Of a DNA stretch of 64,000 nucleotides, positions 27,029-38,921 are shown piece after piece. A program made the position numbers and the translations under genes. The stretch covers positions 248,001 to 312,000 of the forward strand of contig JASVEC010000010.1 of NCBI GenBank assembly GCA_030770535.1, read 5' to 3'. How positions within the stretch are numbered: the stretch's first letter is position 1; each line of letters begins with the position of its first letter. This DNA comes from Batkoa obscura. Its lineage: Eukaryota. Under the pieces are notes generated by a model that was not told the DNA's origin, did no database searches, and saw only the letters and a list, made by a program, of their open reading frames with translations.

Positions 27029-27132
27029 TATGGGAGTGTTTTTTTGGCTTCATTATTTTTTCCATTTTTTAAGCGCTATTTGAGCGGAAAATTTGTTAGT
27101 AAAATTCTTAAACACAAAAACACATCCCTATA
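27029..27132 (-). mobile_element. MITE family copy
   Basis: TA-TGGGAGTGTTTTTTTGG...CACATCCCTA-TA with the conserved core AAGCGCTATTTGAGCGGAAAA. Confidence 0.85.
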
Positions 27133-27398
27133 TATCTTTCTAATGGTAATAAAGTGAAACTTATAGAATCGGTATTTATTGAGCTGTATTTATCTAAAGT
27201 TAAGTGAAATTGCTTCTATGAAATCAGGCACTTATTTAGAGAAGAAAGAGTAGCAAAATAGACTACTAGTAATAATAGATTTTATAATTTAGTTTTAATA
27301 TAACCAAATAAGGATTGATTAGCTTAACACATAAAAGATTTTTAGTTAGTTTGTATATTTGAATAAATTACAGCTGGGTTTGTAAAAATGGTATACAA

Positions 27399-27489
27399 TA
27401 TGGGGAAGTGTTTTTTAAGAATTTTATTAGCAGCTTTTCTACTCAAATAACACTTAAAAAATGGAAGTGATGAAAAAAACATCCCCATA
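27399..27489 (+). mobile_element. MITE family copy
   Basis: TA-TGGGGAAGTG...ACTCAAATAACACTTAAAAAATGGAA...ACATCCCCA-TA. Confidence 0.85.
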
Positions 27490-28199
27490 TTGTTAAATAT
27501 AAAATCACTAAAAGATATTGAAAAATACTGTCTTTTTCAATAAATATAAAAAGCGTACAAATGATAAGAAAACAAGGCCAGCTAGCTCATTCTTATTTAA
27601 ATAGAGAATAACTTGGTAGATGTTCTCGTTTTAGTGATTAGCTAGTAATCATTTCTAAATTTTGTGTTATATAAAAAGAGAAAATAATTGAGTAAAAAAG
27701 CATTTCATTTATTACTTGATTTTGGTCTTAAAAGCTAGTATTAGTTGATTATTAGCTGCTTTATAACAAAAATCCAATGGCTATACACATTTTTTACGAA
27801 TACATACAACACTGATGGTTTTTATTAATTGCAGTCAAAAAAATCAAACAAAATACTACAAATTCATACTGTTTTGTTTAGTTTTTATTAATTTTTTGCT
27901 TGTAATTGCTAAAGCTGTCAATGTTATATATTTATAAAAAAGGTGTTTAATATACTTAAATTTATTACTCTTGATTTTGATATAGGATTTGATTGGAACA
28001 TTGAATTGTTATAGTAATAGAGGGGTATTTATATTGTTTTATAAATTACTTAATTCCGATTGTTTACGCTTTACTTTATTTTTAAAATAAATATAACATT
28101 ATAAATAGAACCGTTATAATATTTTCCAAGAGTTATTAATTGAAGTTCTTACAATTTTTACTTTCACTTAACAAATTATTTTGTATTTTAGCGCTATCA

Positions 28200-28560
28200 A
28201 GTAAGACATAATTTAATAATCAGGTATAAAACACTACTATGGAACTTATGTTTTTAAGTTGTAGCTATACTGATCCGTTTATTAAATAAAACATATGGTA
28301 TTAAGGTCTAGTTATTGCTTTATTTTAGTTAATTTTAGAAACATGTTACCGAAAAAACGATAATAAAATTAATAAGCTAATAGCACTTAGTGATCAGAAT
28401 TTATTAATTAAGTAGTTTAATAACATAAAACAATATCTCAAGTTACCATAATCTATAGTTTATAGCATGAGGTACTATCATTGTTATAATAAATATTAGA
28501 CAATATACCATTATAAAACTATATATGGGCATATAGCCAATACTATGTATTGGTATTTAT
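28200..28560 (-). pseudogene. Possible decayed retrotransposon integrase fragment
   Basis: Broken minus-strand translation gives KYQYIVLAI, then LINSDH, then ITRP*YH...NGSV, in the order expected for an rve core (YILVAID / ISDxG / TTAYHPxxNGxVE). Many stops and frameshifts. Confidence 0.3.
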
Positions 28561-28796
28561 TACTTTCAGTTTAAAACTTACTTAATAAAGCTTCAATTTT
28601 TTAAATTTTATTAAATTTTGAAATATTTAATTCCTTAAAAATTGGATTTGACAAAATAGGCAATAAATTTCTTATTTCAATTAAAGTAATTAATTATAGA
28701 AATATTCAATTCCTTTTAATCAAGAACCAATACTCTGACTATAAAAAACTTCCTTTTTTCTTCTTTTCTCTCAACTTGTAATTATAATATAATATC

Positions 28797-29444
28797 ATGA
28801 AATTTACCTATCTTTTAGTTGCAGCTTGCTTATTTGCCATTTCGGCAGTTGAAGCTTCTCCAAGAAGCAAATCCTTGTCAAAGATCAAGTTAACTAGTGC
28901 ACCAGAAAAGGTAAAGGAGGAATTTGAAGGTCCGATCGAAGACTTACCAACCGGGGATATCAGAGATATCAAGAAGTCTATCAAGAAGTCTAAGGGATCT
29001 AAAAAGAAGCTTACGAAATCCGAAAAGAAAGCCTCCAAAAAGAAGGCCAAAGTAGTATATGCTGGCACAACTAGAAAGAACAAAAAGAAGTGGTCTGTCT
29101 TTACCCTTAAAAAAGCTAAAAAGAACTATGCTGCAGTAATAGCGGAAAATAAATGCGCTAAAGACAAGAAGGTGAAGGGCGAAGCTATTAAAGAAGCTTT
29201 GGAAAAATCACTTGATCAAGGCAAATATATGAAGGTGGAATGTGGTGGTAAAATTTCAGAGTTTAAAAAGGAAAGTAAAAAGGATAAGAAAGTAGCTAAA
29301 ACGGATAAGAAGAAGAACAAGAAGAACAAGAAAAACAAAAAAGACAATAAGGATAAGAAAAACAAAAAAGATAAAAAGAAGGATGAGAAGAAAGATAAAA
29401 AGAAGGATGAGAAGAAAGAAGATAAAGAAGACAAAGATGAATAG
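28797..29444 (+). CDS. Secreted lysine-rich protein, 215 aa
   Basis: Signal peptide MKFTYLLVAACLFAISAVEA; TATAAAAA at about 28740; K-rich body with two Cys; C-terminal KKNK/KKDE repeats. Confidence 0.85.
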   Translation: MKFTYLLVAACLFAISAVEASPRSKSLSKIKLTSAPEKVKEEFEGPIEDLPTGDIRDIKKSIKKSKGSKKKLTKSEKKASKKKAKVVYAGTTRKNKKKWSVFTLKKAKKNYAAVIAENKCAKDKKVKGEAIKEALEKSLDQGKYMKVECGGKISEFKKESKKDKKVAKTDKKKNKKNKKNKKDNKDKKNKKDKKKDEKKDKKKDEKKEDKEDKDE

Positions 29445-29841
29445 ATCATTAACATAATAGGTTGAGCTTATTTCGAGTATGATATTTTCTTTATTTAAAT
29501 AAAATAGTTCCTTAAATTAAATGTTTTCATATGTTTTTAAACTGCTTTATTTTTATTACATAAAAATTCAACATGCATCATTATGATTAAAAATTATTAT
29601 AAAATGCTGTATAGATCGTTTAAAGCATTGTCAACCTAGATGAATAATCACACCTTCAATCAACCATACTGATGTTCTATTCATCTTCTCCACCCGTTCC
29701 TACTTTATCTATTGAGTGGTAGATAATTCAAAGGACAGCGTTAAAGAATAATGATTATAAAAGTTTTAAAATGAGTGGATTAGTCCAATCTGAATTTAAT
29801 AGAAACAATGTTATAAAAGCGTTTTATTAATACCAATAACA

Positions 29842-32800
29842 TTAACTAAAGTTATCTAAGACCCAACTTTGTTTTTTCGGGAACAGAGTACAAAATTGAT
29901 TTACATTAAATATTTTACCATAAATAAAAAATGGTCTAATTAACTTTCTAATATTCGAATTTGATGGGAGCCATTCAGTGTTTTCCAAAAATAAAATTTG
30001 TTGTTGAAATTGACCATTGATAATAATTATCAATTTACCATATCTTAAATGATATTCTTGGTCATTATGAATTTTTTCATTTTGAAATTTAGTTAAAAAG
30101 TAGCTAAAGCTTCTAACTGAACGATACTTGATTTTGTATTTTAATATTGCTGCAAATTCTTCTAAATCAATAGTAGTATATAATTTGGTTGCCAATAAAT
30201 TATCTTCAAGATCTTTAATGGTGCTTATATATCTTTGCTTTTTTAATAGAAGTGTTTCATTGACTTCTTTTTCAATCAGATTTGACATATAATTATATTT
30301 AAGTTTATCTTTGTACTCTGGTAAACAATAATTAATGTATCTTCCTTCTACTATTGCTTTTCTTCGAACTTCATTATCTCGATGTAAATAACTTTGATGA
30401 AAGATTGAAAATTGTTGCTCAATTGAAAATCCGTCTAACCAAGTATCGATATTATTTTTATTAAGTTGACTGCTATATTTTTTCATCTCATTCAAATCTT
30501 GCTTAATAATCAAATCTGTATCAATAGTGAATAAATCAATTAAGTTTAATAATATATTGACATCTTGCTTTATATAGTTTTTGGTGTCTTTTATGAAATA
30601 TTTTGTTGCTTCAGATAACTTGTAGTTTACTTCATCAAACCTAAACAATGGTAAATCGCTATAGTCTATTTCGTCTTCTTTATTGTCGTATATCCCTTCA
30701 ACTCCTTTAAGCATTTTTATATAAGCTGAATAACTCAATTGTTTCCTTCTGTTTACTCTTTCAATTTCTTTTCTAGTTTCCCATTCCTCAAATACATCAT
30801 TGACATCTTTATCTAAATTAATATTCATCAATTCAATTAGATTATTTCCATATCTAGGCTGAAACCAATCCACATTCAATCTTCTTCTTATGCTTTCTTC
30901 GAGCAGCTCGTCTTTGACCTGCTTCAAAGTATCAAAAAAGTCTTCCTTTGAAATATCATTCAAATGGACTGCGCACAATAGCCTCATTAGAAACAATAGG
31001 TTATCTGGGATAACGTCGATGGTTCTATTTAAAGCGCCATTTTTATAATCTTTAAACTTTTTGATAGTATCCTCTTGTATACTTGTTTGAAATGGAAATT
31101 GATAAACTTGTAAGCAAGTTTCAAACAGTAATTTAAGGACAAATAAATTATGCTCTGTGTTATTCGACAGGTAATTTTCGAAACATTTTGACAATACCAT
31201 AAATGGTATCACTTTCAACTCTGACCCAGATCCCCCAGTAATAGATAAAGTAGTCATCCACGCCAATATAGGTCTTGATCTCCTTGATGAAATTTCCCAA
31301 TGCTTTGGATGTAAATACAATGGCAAAATGGCATTGATCTTTTCATTCCTTAAACCTGAAGTGACAAAAGAATCCAACAATGTATTAAAACCCCCATGTA
31401 CCAAATCGTCCTCCAAATTTTGTACTTGTATTTTGTAAGTTAACATCTCCATAAACGTGTCCACACTTATAAATGTGGAGCTTATATCTAAGATATTAAT
31501 CTTACTTGGATCAAAGATTGTAGAATCATTACGTCCCACCAATAAACCTAAACCTATACAATCCCCAGATTCCAATGCTTCTATTAAGTTCACTCTGCTA
31601 AAAGCGCACCTTGTGTTCTCTAATAAAGTACTATTTATTTCTTTATGTAGCTCTGTATTATTAATTAAGTGTGATAATTCTGTTATCCTCTTCTCATTCC
31701 TTTCAATTCTCCTAATATTTTTACCCATCCTTTTAAATATGGCTTTTTTACCTTTATTATTCACTGAAATGCTATCTGGCGTTAGAGTCCTCCATTGAGC
31801 TATCCTATCATGGTTCAGTTGGTTATTTCTATATTGTAATACATTATGCTCTAATTTCTTGGCCAGTCTCTTAACATGTAAAATTTTATTACGTACCAAT
31901 TTCCGGCTTTCCACCTTGGACCTACCAATAGTTTGAAAATTGGCATCCAAAAGTCGATTGATCTTATCTAAAGTTCTATGTATATCATCTAACTCTTCAT
32001 TTATTAATGGCTTCACTTTAAAATCAAACACTTGCTTTGCTATCGTTTTAATCTCAAGTTCAATAAAGGTGCTATGGATAAACTGATAATGCCCGGTTAA
32101 ATCATCTTTAAAATACTGTTTACATTTTATACTACTAATGGGTATAAAAGTTTCTTTTTTCTTTTCACTAATCTGTTTAATAAATAATACCATCTCATCA
32201 TTACTATATTTATCTTTTTTAATAATTAAATAGCTATCTAAATTCGTTATAGTTTGTAGATGTTGATGTAGGCAATTTCCAATAAAAAATTCCACTTTTA
32301 TTATCCCCATATAATCAATAACTGAATTAATACTCTCTTTTATACTAGATAAATCGGGTACAAACTGTAAGATACCTCTTTGAGTGCCGCTTAGTAATAA
32401 ACAATTTAAAAATAAGTTATTATAGTTAGATGAAAATGTGATACAGTTGATACTTAAGCTAAGATTTTCTTTAATATTAATTAGATCTTTGAGCTCATCT
32501 ATAATATAAAAACTTGAATTATTATTATGGTCGTTTCCGTTAGTAAATATCAGCCCATTTGAAACCTTGTCATTCCATATATTTTCTTGAATGAAGCTAA
32601 AAAATCTTCGAATACTTGATCTGAAATTCGAACTTTTATTCTCTGTACAACTCTCAATCACCTCAACGATCTCAGTTAGCTGACATTGCATCAAAGGAAA
32701 TACTTTCACACTCCCTTCACAAACAAAAATAATATCTCTCACATACAAATAAACCTCTGAGATTAAATCAATAATATATCTTTTAGTAAGTAGTAACTCG

Positions 32801-33024
32801 ATTGTGCTCATCTCAGTATCCAAAACAATGAAAATAATCCTTGTTGGTATATTCTTTTGACATAGTGGTGTTAGTATGTGATAATCAATTTTTAACTTAA
32901 TTCCTATCTCTTCTGAGTTTAAAGCGATATATTCACCCATTATTTTTATCTCTGGCTTCCTTAATATCAAATCATCTCTCGCTGTTTCTTCTTTATTTTG
33001 ATATGTAATATTTATATCAGTCAT
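29842..33024 (-). CDS. Intronless 1060-aa protein with degenerate N-terminal vWA-like domain and large unknown C-terminal region
   Basis: IIFIVLDTEMS / SNFRSSI / LIFTNGND / INCITFS...LLSGTQRGILQFV follow vWA element order (by eye). C-region has HGGF...NEKINAILPLYLHPKHW. Paralog at 14696. Confidence 0.85.
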   Translation of the reverse strand: MTDINITYQNKEETARDDLILRKPEIKIMGEYIALNSEEIGIKLKIDYHILTPLCQKNIPTRIIFIVLDTEMSTIELLLTKRYIIDLISEVYLYVRDIIFVCEGSVKVFPLMQCQLTEIVEVIESCTENKSSNFRSSIRRFFSFIQENIWNDKVSNGLIFTNGNDHNNNSSFYIIDELKDLINIKENLSLSINCITFSSNYNNLFLNCLLLSGTQRGILQFVPDLSSIKESINSVIDYMGIIKVEFFIGNCLHQHLQTITNLDSYLIIKKDKYSNDEMVLFIKQISEKKKETFIPISSIKCKQYFKDDLTGHYQFIHSTFIELEIKTIAKQVFDFKVKPLINEELDDIHRTLDKINRLLDANFQTIGRSKVESRKLVRNKILHVKRLAKKLEHNVLQYRNNQLNHDRIAQWRTLTPDSISVNNKGKKAIFKRMGKNIRRIERNEKRITELSHLINNTELHKEINSTLLENTRCAFSRVNLIEALESGDCIGLGLLVGRNDSTIFDPSKINILDISSTFISVDTFMEMLTYKIQVQNLEDDLVHGGFNTLLDSFVTSGLRNEKINAILPLYLHPKHWEISSRRSRPILAWMTTLSITGGSGSELKVIPFMVLSKCFENYLSNNTEHNLFVLKLLFETCLQVYQFPFQTSIQEDTIKKFKDYKNGALNRTIDVIPDNLLFLMRLLCAVHLNDISKEDFFDTLKQVKDELLEESIRRRLNVDWFQPRYGNNLIELMNINLDKDVNDVFEEWETRKEIERVNRRKQLSYSAYIKMLKGVEGIYDNKEDEIDYSDLPLFRFDEVNYKLSEATKYFIKDTKNYIKQDVNILLNLIDLFTIDTDLIIKQDLNEMKKYSSQLNKNNIDTWLDGFSIEQQFSIFHQSYLHRDNEVRRKAIVEGRYINYCLPEYKDKLKYNYMSNLIEKEVNETLLLKKQRYISTIKDLEDNLLATKLYTTIDLEEFAAILKYKIKYRSVRSFSYFLTKFQNEKIHNDQEYHLRYGKLIIIINGQFQQQILFLENTEWLPSNSNIRKLIRPFFIYGKIFNVNQFCTLFPKKQSWVLDNFS

Positions 33025-33735
33025 CCTAATTATACAAAAGAGATAAAAGTTCTATAAGCTGAACTAGAATTAAATTATCATTCTTTGCAAATTTTGGTTA
33101 CATAAAGAGAATTTTAATTGAAAATATTAACTCAGTTTTATCCAACACTGTAGACTCTAAGTTTTAAATATAATGCTATCTTCGGGCGATAATGTGTTAT
33201 AAAGATAGTCTATGAGAATATGGTATTCGATTAAAGAGCTGATACACGGGTTGAAAATTTATCAATTAAAATATTCATTATATGACGTTAGTTACGTTTT
33301 AACTTAAAATTTCACTTATATTAATAAACTGCTTTATAATACCCGATGCTTATTCCTTGCTATAGATAATAAGTTAAAGAGTGAAGGTTTTGTATTATAA
33401 ATGTTATACTGAAAGTAGTTTTTATTTAAAAGTTTTAAAGAAATGTTTTCTAAGAAAAGGTGTAATAAATGTTTATTATTTTATTTCATATTTAACCATT
33501 TGTAAAATAACTCGCAGTTAAAATGAACCCTTCATCATCCATTCAAGGCACATACAATAAAAATTAAACTAACTATATCACTTATCTCGTTAAAGGTGAC
33601 ATCTTAGGATTTTCAAAGCAACTTCAACGTTCTACCCGAAAAGAACTCTCACTAAGTAACTCAAACAAGCTAATGCTGAGTCATAGATCTTTCAAAGGTA
33701 TTTTAAAGTGATAAGCATATACATAAACAAGCTCA

Positions 33736-34443
33736 TTATGCCTCATTTTTACTACAATCAACTTTAGCAAGCTCGTTCATTAGCTGTTGAATCTGCTCTT
33801 CTAGAAGATTCACTTTTTCACAGCATTCTGGATGGTGATTTTCACTCTAAAAGGGCAAAAAAATAAGACAGGTTAAATATTAATCCTAATAAACAAACTT
33901 ACATTCATTTGCTGTATATGAGTAAAAACATGAAACAAACGGAACATCTTATATAACCTAAAGATAATGACTGCTGTAGCAGTAGCGGGTGCATGTTCCA
34001 TAAGCAATACATACAAAGCAATATCAGACACGACTGAGAAAGTTAAGATAACAAAATCTGCAATTTTGACCCAACTGTCAAAATAGTATTTAAATCCCTT
34101 GACTAGATAGACCTTTACAAATATTTCTACAAAAAAAATTAAAGGGAAGACCCAAGAAATGTAGAACAAAATTTTGTTTGCAAATAGAGTTTCAGGTTGA
34201 TTGTAAGTGACTATAGATAAAAAGTTAGTTGTTTTCTTACGTGGTAAGCGTTTTTCAATTACCTAATACTAGACCTATGGCCAACAAGCTTATATCCAGA
34301 AACACGATACCGATAATGGTATAATGGTATTTTTTGGTCTTGAAATATTTATTTAATCTATAGTTCCAATTGGTTTCCTCTTTATTGTAAACGTTTTGTT
34401 CCAGTTTAACTAAATCAACAGTATTTAAAGACTCGGTAGACAT
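33736..34443 (-). CDS. Stand-alone voltage-sensor-domain protein, Hv1 proton channel-like, 3 exons, about 200 aa
   Basis: S1 HYTIIGIVFLD, S2 IFFVEI, S3 IADFVI..VSD, S4 IFRLYKMFRLF; C-terminal coiled coil VNLLEEQIQQLMNEL in exon 33736-33846; no pore domain. Confidence 0.8.
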
Positions 34444-35465
34444 TTTGTAGTAATTAGCAAGAAAAATACTCGTTTTATATTATCAATTGATCACTCCAAC
34501 ATCCTTTATATATCATTTTCAGTGATTTTGATGATATTATCTTTCCACACATAGATTTAAAGTTTAGAATATTCTATATTAAAATTTGCTATTTTAAGCT
34601 TTTGGTTACCAACGATTTTCTTAGCATTCTCCATTATAAGTGATTTCAATTGCTGAACTGTTTTTTAATTAACATGCTATTGTTAGTAGAAAATAGACAT
34701 GGTTAAGAAATAGTCATTTCCTCTTACTAAATTTGTGTCTTGAAAAGAAATGAGCTCTGACTTGGAATGAGTAAAGTGTTTGGACAAAACAAGTATAAAA
34801 ATGCTATGCTTCTGTTCATATTTTAATCTAGTACAAATTGGCTTCTTTTAATCTTCTCTTTCTCTAGTTTATGAATTGAATAATTTTCAGTTAAATGCTT
34901 ATTGCATAGTTATATTCTTTTTCTGATTGTAACTTACTTTCATCGTTCTAATCTACACATAGTAAACCTGTGTATAAAAGTAATGAACTAATTTCAATAC
35001 AAAACAGGTGTTTTTATGTATTTCAATTAAATTAATATCAATACAAGCAAAGTATTAAAATTTTAAACTAACCAATACATATAAATAGTTAGATCAATTA
35101 AAAATAGCCCAAAGTCAATCAATTAACTAAAGTAGAAGAAATGCAAGCATATTTCCACATTATTTTTAAACAGTTTGTGTAAGAGAAATATGTATTGATT
35201 ACATGGAAAACAGTTATTTGGGAACAAGCTTAATCTGAGGTTTAAATAGCTTGATTGGATACCAATTACTTAAACATAAATTATGTGTAAAATTAAAATA
35301 TTCGTTTTGGTTGAGATCGTACTTATATCAACTGTAATTTATAAAACCCTTATTTCAAATTAATTTGTAGTAAGTTTGAATTTTTATTTTTATTTTTAAA
35401 CTTTTCTAAAATAAATACTAAAATAGACTAAAAAATTAGGAGGAGAAAAATAAAAAGCAAGGCAT

Positions 35466-36833
35466 TTAAACAGGGGATAGCGCGGCAGATTCACAAGACC
35501 AATAAGCGTTGATGGATTGATCTGAAGCGTTAATATTTAAATTTAATTTGTTAATTTTGGCATGTTGTTGAATCCAGTTTTCTGTCCTTTTTTCAACAGA
35601 TAGTTTTTCAATCTCAATTTCATCAAATGAACTTTTTTTACTGCTAATTACAGGTGGTGAGCCTGATAATGTAGTTACAAAATCCTCCTCTCCCTCTTCG
35701 TTGGACTTGATTTGTGTACCATCACTCTCACTTATTCCACTGTCTTCAGCTGTCATTTTTTCAACTTGAATCTTGGGCGTAACTTGGTTCATTTCACTTA
35801 AAGTGCTTTTAATGATAGTTTCGTTCATCGACATATTATCATTCTTATAGTTATTTATTATATTATTAGCTTGTTTTTTAGTTGGGTAGCGCACTGAATC
35901 TTTTTGCTTCTTTTTAATGAAGTAAGGGATCGACTTGACTTCTTTGATCAATTCATTGATAGTAATCCTTCTCAATGGATTGATACATAACATTTTGGTT
36001 ACCAGTTTATGGCCATAATCACTCAGTGGGAACATTTCTTTTAATAAGTTTGGATTAAAGATATATTCTAAAAATGCTTGATCTTCAGTGGAAGCTCTTT
36101 TCCATGGGTTTCTACCAAAACATAAGTTTAAAAAAATAATTCCTAAAGACCAAATATCGGCTGCGGAGGTACAATAATACATATTGGTCTTATTTTTACT
36201 CTTTGGTTTATGTGCTTCTGGTGCCATATAAAAGCAGGAGCCACAACCATATTCTTTACTCCAAATAGAGCGTGTAGCCAACCCAAAATCAGCTATCTTG
36301 ATTTTACAATCTTGATCTAATAAGATGTTTTCTGGCTTTAAATCTCGATGGTAGACCCCTCTTGAATGACAAAAGTCTGTAGCATTTAAAATCCCTAAAA
36401 ATAAGTTTCTGACAAGCTCATCTCGATTAGTAGGTTTATTGTCGTTGACATCAGGCTCAATCTCATCTTCTGAACAGTTGGTAATATTTCCAATTGTTAT
36501 AGCATCATAAAGGTCTCCGCCTTTGCAATACTCTAATCCTATATAGATAGTGTTCTCTAATTCAATCACAAATTCTAAGCTAACTACAGAGGGGTGCCAG
36601 CTAACCATACGATGGATCGAAATCTCTTCGCAAATTTGAGGCCTTAGTGCATTTTTAGCTAAAGTTTTTACTGCAAATAAAGTATAAGGTTCATTCACCA
36701 TCTGTGCTAAATATACCGCTCCACATGACCCGCGTCCTACAATATCTACTAATTCATACTCAACTTGTTGTTTACGGGTAGTGTGTCTTAATCGGCTACC
36801 AATTTTACTATATTCTTCAGCTGTATATTCCAT
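35466..36833 (-). CDS. Ser/Thr protein kinase, Ran1/Pat1/Sks1-like
   Basis: GRGSCG, FAVK, HRDLKPEN, DFGLAT, GCGSCFYMAPE, LNLCFGRNPWKRA (the last typical of the RAN kinase family). Confidence 0.92.
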   Translation of the reverse strand: MEYTAEEYSKIGSRLRHTTRKQQVEYELVDIVGRGSCGAVYLAQMVNEPYTLFAVKTLAKNALRPQICEEISIHRMVSWHPSVVSLEFVIELENTIYIGLEYCKGGDLYDAITIGNITNCSEDEIEPDVNDNKPTNRDELVRNLFLGILNATDFCHSRGVYHRDLKPENILLDQDCKIKIADFGLATRSIWSKEYGCGSCFYMAPEAHKPKSKNKTNMYYCTSAADIWSLGIIFLNLCFGRNPWKRASTEDQAFLEYIFNPNLLKEMFPLSDYGHKLVTKMLCINPLRRITINELIKEVKSIPYFIKKKQKDSVRYPTKKQANNIINNYKNDNMSMNETIIKSTLSEMNQVTPKIQVEKMTAEDSGISESDGTQIKSNEEGEEDFVTTLSGSPPVISSKKSSFDEIEIEKLSVEKRTENWIQQHAKINKLNLNINASDQSINAYWSCESAALSPV

Positions 36834-38818
36834 TTTATAATTAGTTGAAATAAAATTAAATTATGTTTAATGAGAGTATATGTTTAATAAATGAGTTTTA
36901 TGAATGACAATTAATATATCAAAGATAAATTGAGTTATATCAATAGGCTCTAATTATAAGATGCTAAACTATACTGTAATACTATAATATGTAACGATTA
37001 AAAAAATCAAATTTCTATTAGTTCTTCTTTTATACTTTCTTTATAACTAAGTTGATCTCTTGGTATTATTAATTTTTAAACTCTTTCTTTAGTTACCACC
37101 CTTTCAAATTAAATTTAGCTGATCTCATCTCTAGCTTTTAATGCTTAGTTCTTTTTGTTAAATTCTAATTTTAAACTTTTATTAACTTTAACTGAATTTG
37201 GTAAACTTAAAAAGTTGCTTGATTTTATTTTTTTCAAATTCAAGTTGGCATTTAAAATTTCTATTAATTTAAAACTTGAAATTTTAGTTAAAGTGCTTAT
37301 AAATATTATAAAAAAAATATTTTAATAAAAAAGAGAGTTATAAACAGTGAATGATAGAGTATAAAGATATTAAATAATAATGGATTATAATGATTTGTTG
37401 CACTATAAAGCTTGCGCAAATCGAATAGAGTTTTCAATTAAAAACTCACAAATATAACAATGATTTTTACAAATAGATTTAAATAGTAACTTGATAAACA
37501 AACTTAATAAGAATTTAAAAATACAAATATGAATTAAATTAGATATAAATAGTTAAGTTTAATATCTCATTTTTATATTTATTTCATTCATTTGATTTTA
37601 ATTAATTTTAATGCTTAGAACAAAAATCATTAGTTTTTACTTTTTTAAGTAGTAAGCGCGGAATTTTATCTTTAGTAAAAATTTCATTCTAAAAATACGA
37701 TTTTTTTATTAAATTTTTATAGTTTGAATAAGCACTCACAATTTCAGTCATTTTGCTTTATCAGCATGCAAATTGGATCATATTGCTTCATTTATTTATT
37801 TTTATTATAGTTTAAATTCATTAAAGTGTGCTCCAGAAGAATCCAGATTACACTTAGCTTTAACTTGACAACAGCAACGCCTTTATCAAAAAACCTAATG
37901 GCAATCAGTCAATTACTGAAATTACGAAGTTGAATCATGAGCATTTTTCAAAAATTATTAAGTAGCCCTTTATGTAGCTGTTTTCTACTTTTTTAGCTCA
38001 AAGTTTGGGAGATATAAGCTTGAACTTTAATTTTAGTATAGTTTTATTTCGAATTCCTTTATAGTTGGCTCACCTCAAATCAAAAATAAGTAGGAGGTAT
38101 TTTTTAAAGTTAGTAATTTAGTTGTTGATTTTTCTAAGGTGTTTGCTGTTTAAAAAATCAACACTTTTCATTGAAGCTTATAATGATAAACTAAAGGACT
38201 ATTTGTAGATAAGTGTAATATGGTATGCTATCATTTTGATTATTGTTATTTCTAGTATCTTTTTGTTATATTTGTAGCTCAAAATTATTATTAATTAAAG
38301 ATATTTTAAAGTAAAAATAGTAAAAATAAAATTCAAATAAAAAACTAGAAGAATTTTTGGTTTTTACATTTCAAATTTCATAACAAAAAGCGATTTATTG
38401 TGAAGTTAAGATAAGTTAACAAGAAAAAATTAGCTCAATTTGTAAATTGTTTTATTAAAATGTGGTAAAAACTACTAATCCAAAATTTTAGTCTAATTTA
38501 CTGAAACTTTAAAATAAACTAAACTGTTCATTATTTTCAATTCGAAGTGAGTCCAACTGTATCCCTAAGGGGTTTTATTTAAACTATTTTTGTAAGTGTT
38601 TTTTCAAAATGGGCTTCTATTTTATGAGGCTGATAAAAAATACTGGTATTAAATTTAAGCAGCAGATAAGAGATGATTTAACAATAGTTAAAATGAGTGT
38701 TAACTACTGCAGGTTTGTATTCTAACAGCTGTATAGTCTGGACTTTAAGTTCTATAGAGTTTTCTGAATTTTTACAATTATATGTATGAAATCTGAAGTA
38801 AATGAGGAATAATAAGTA

Positions 38819-38921
38819 TTTGGGAGTATTTTTTTAACTTCATTACTTCTTCTATCTTTTGGCACTATTTGAGTGTAAAATTTGTTAGTAAAGCTTTTGA
38901 ACATAAAAATACATCCCCATT
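38819..38921 (-). mobile_element. MITE family copy
   Basis: TGGGAGTATTTTTTT...GCACTATTTGAGTG...AATACATCCCCAT. Confidence 0.8.

Noticed and set aside
28808..29455. Minus-strand Phe/Leu/Ser-rich ORFs (also 47240..47494, 15751..15957, 16889..17089, 31457..31798, 48784..48966, 53685..53933, 58297..58479)
   Set aside because: Antisense shadows of real genes, mostly of Lys/Glu/Asn-rich stretches.
33523..33711. Possible 46-aa ORF with a GC-AG intron convergent on the Hv1-like gene
   Set aside because: The donor GCACAT is a poor match and the peptide has no motif.
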